DNA from: Spizellomyces punctatus DAOM BR117
Taxonomy: Eukaryota
DNA: 64,000 nucleotides
Reading direction: 5' to 3' (one strand)
Assembly (NCBI GenBank): GCA_000182565.2
Contig: KQ257455.1
Shown here: in pieces, positions 62,985-64,000 of the stretch
How positions within the stretch are numbered: position 1 is the first letter of the stretch
Layout of the letters: every line of letters starts with the position of its first letter
Program-made: the position numbers and the translations under genes
The notes under the pieces: generated by a model
The model's database searches: none
The model's input: only the letters and a program-made list of their open reading frames with translations
What the model was told of the DNA's origin: nothing

Positions 62985-63719
62985 TAGGGCCGTTGTGGAA
63001 TGTGTGACTTTGGAGAGGAGGGAGATATATATATAGACGACTTTTGTAGTCAAGAGGTCGTTGAAGTGGGCAAGACGTAACAAAGGAAGAGTGTAAGGAG
63101 CAAATGGCAGGGCGGAGAGAAGGAGTAGGTGAAATCACAATGTCGAAATGAGGCCTTGACGTCTTCCTCCAAAACTTAGATAAAAATTTGGAATAAAAAA
63201 CAAACGCGACCGTTTCACCACATTTTATGGCATATTGAAATGTATGGCAAGTTATGGCAATTTCTCAAATGTGGGTAATGGAAAGCCGCTCTTTTGCTAG
63301 TTGGCCAACGAGTGTATTTGGGAAGCGATCGTCTATTCAAGATGAGGCATGGGGACGAATGTTAAAAGACTCGATTTGGTCGCAAAACATGCCACCTTGA
63401 AAGGAATCGTCAATACGACCGACTTTCAAAAGTACGGTGCATCCCCGACGGGCATCCGCTTTGGGGCATCCCGCAATGGATATCCCCCAATGGATATCCT
63501 CCAAATGGAAGAGCAAAAACGCTCGAGATGCCAGATCTTAATCGTCGTTAAAATCACAGCCAGTTCATGTGACATCTTGGAACCATCTGCATTAAACACA
63601 TTTAAACCATAAAACCGTCTCTCGTCATCGTCCTCGTTAATGACAAATCCATCTGGGTTTGTAAACGCTCCAGCGTCTCTGGCAGTGCCTTTCGAGCAAG
63701 CGAGTGTCGGTCATCCACA

Positions 63720-64000
63720 ATGTCCAGTGGAACTGCAAATCTTGTGCCCGCAGAACATGGAACACCACTATCCTGTCTCCCTCGCGAGATCTTTCTGCTC
63801 ATATTAGATCACACTTCTGTACACGACCTTCTCCACATCCGCGCGGTTTGCCGCTCATGGTGGACGGACGCGTTGCATACCGCGGCCATCAAAATGAACG
63901 CTGCAAAAGCCGATGCGGCCACAATCTCCGACCGTATTTCGGCGCTGGTCTCCACTGACGGAGAGTGGTACGACGAGCCGCTTAAGCGTGCTAGTCTTGT
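63720..64000 (+). CDS. F-box protein (3'-partial; not in the ORF track)
   Basis: MSSGTANLVPAEHGTPLSCLPREIFLLILDHTSVHDLLHIRAVCRSW matches the F-box pattern LP.EI...I......DL....VCR.W. The frame is open to the window end. Confidence 0.8.
   Translation, partial: MSSGTANLVPAEHGTPLSCLPREIFLLILDHTSVHDLLHIRAVCRSWWTDALHTAAIKMNAAKADAATISDRISALVSTDGEWYDEPLKRASL

Noticed and set aside
1-64000. Biosynthetic gene cluster around ERG7, rRNA/tRNA genes, intact transposons
   Set aside because: The ERG7 neighbours are unrelated housekeeping genes with no P450 or transferase. No rRNA, tRNA cloverleaf, RT or intact transposase was recognised by eye.

Overview
Gene-dense eukaryotic DNA with many short (about 50-100 nt) spliceosomal introns. 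It is most consistent with an early-diverging fungus, probably a chytrid. This is an inference from a stand-alone fungal-type capping guanylyltransferase and an Rsc7/Swp82 domain occurring alongside animal-like CLASRP, UVRAG and PHF10 features and a U12-type intron. I reconstructed about 26 protein-coding genes by hand: CDT1, UBP14/USP5, TFIIA large subunit, ALG2, a tyrosine phosphatase, a RasGAP, CLASRP, a DEUBAD protein, BNA1, a class-3 lipase, a MYND protein, UVRAG, POLD4, mitochondrial L36, WDR6, ERG7, CEG1, a sugar porter, an Rsc7/PHF10-like protein, EPL1, a GBP2-like protein, RPS17, an F-box protein and several unknown membrane or coiled-coil proteins. There is also a decayed Harbinger-type Myb/SANT pseudogene. 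The most notable signals are: an unexplained TATA-driven, spliced, stem-rich transcript at about 17.4-18.0 kb; a canonical AT-AC minor intron in UVRAG; a protein joining the yeast Rsc7/Swp82 domain to PHF10-like motifs and PHD fingers; a DEUBAD plus RAMA-like fusion; a Taspase1-type site in TFIIA; and SREBP-type elements upstream of ERG7. All identifications come from motif recognition by eye with no database searches. CDS coordinates are gene spans including introns.
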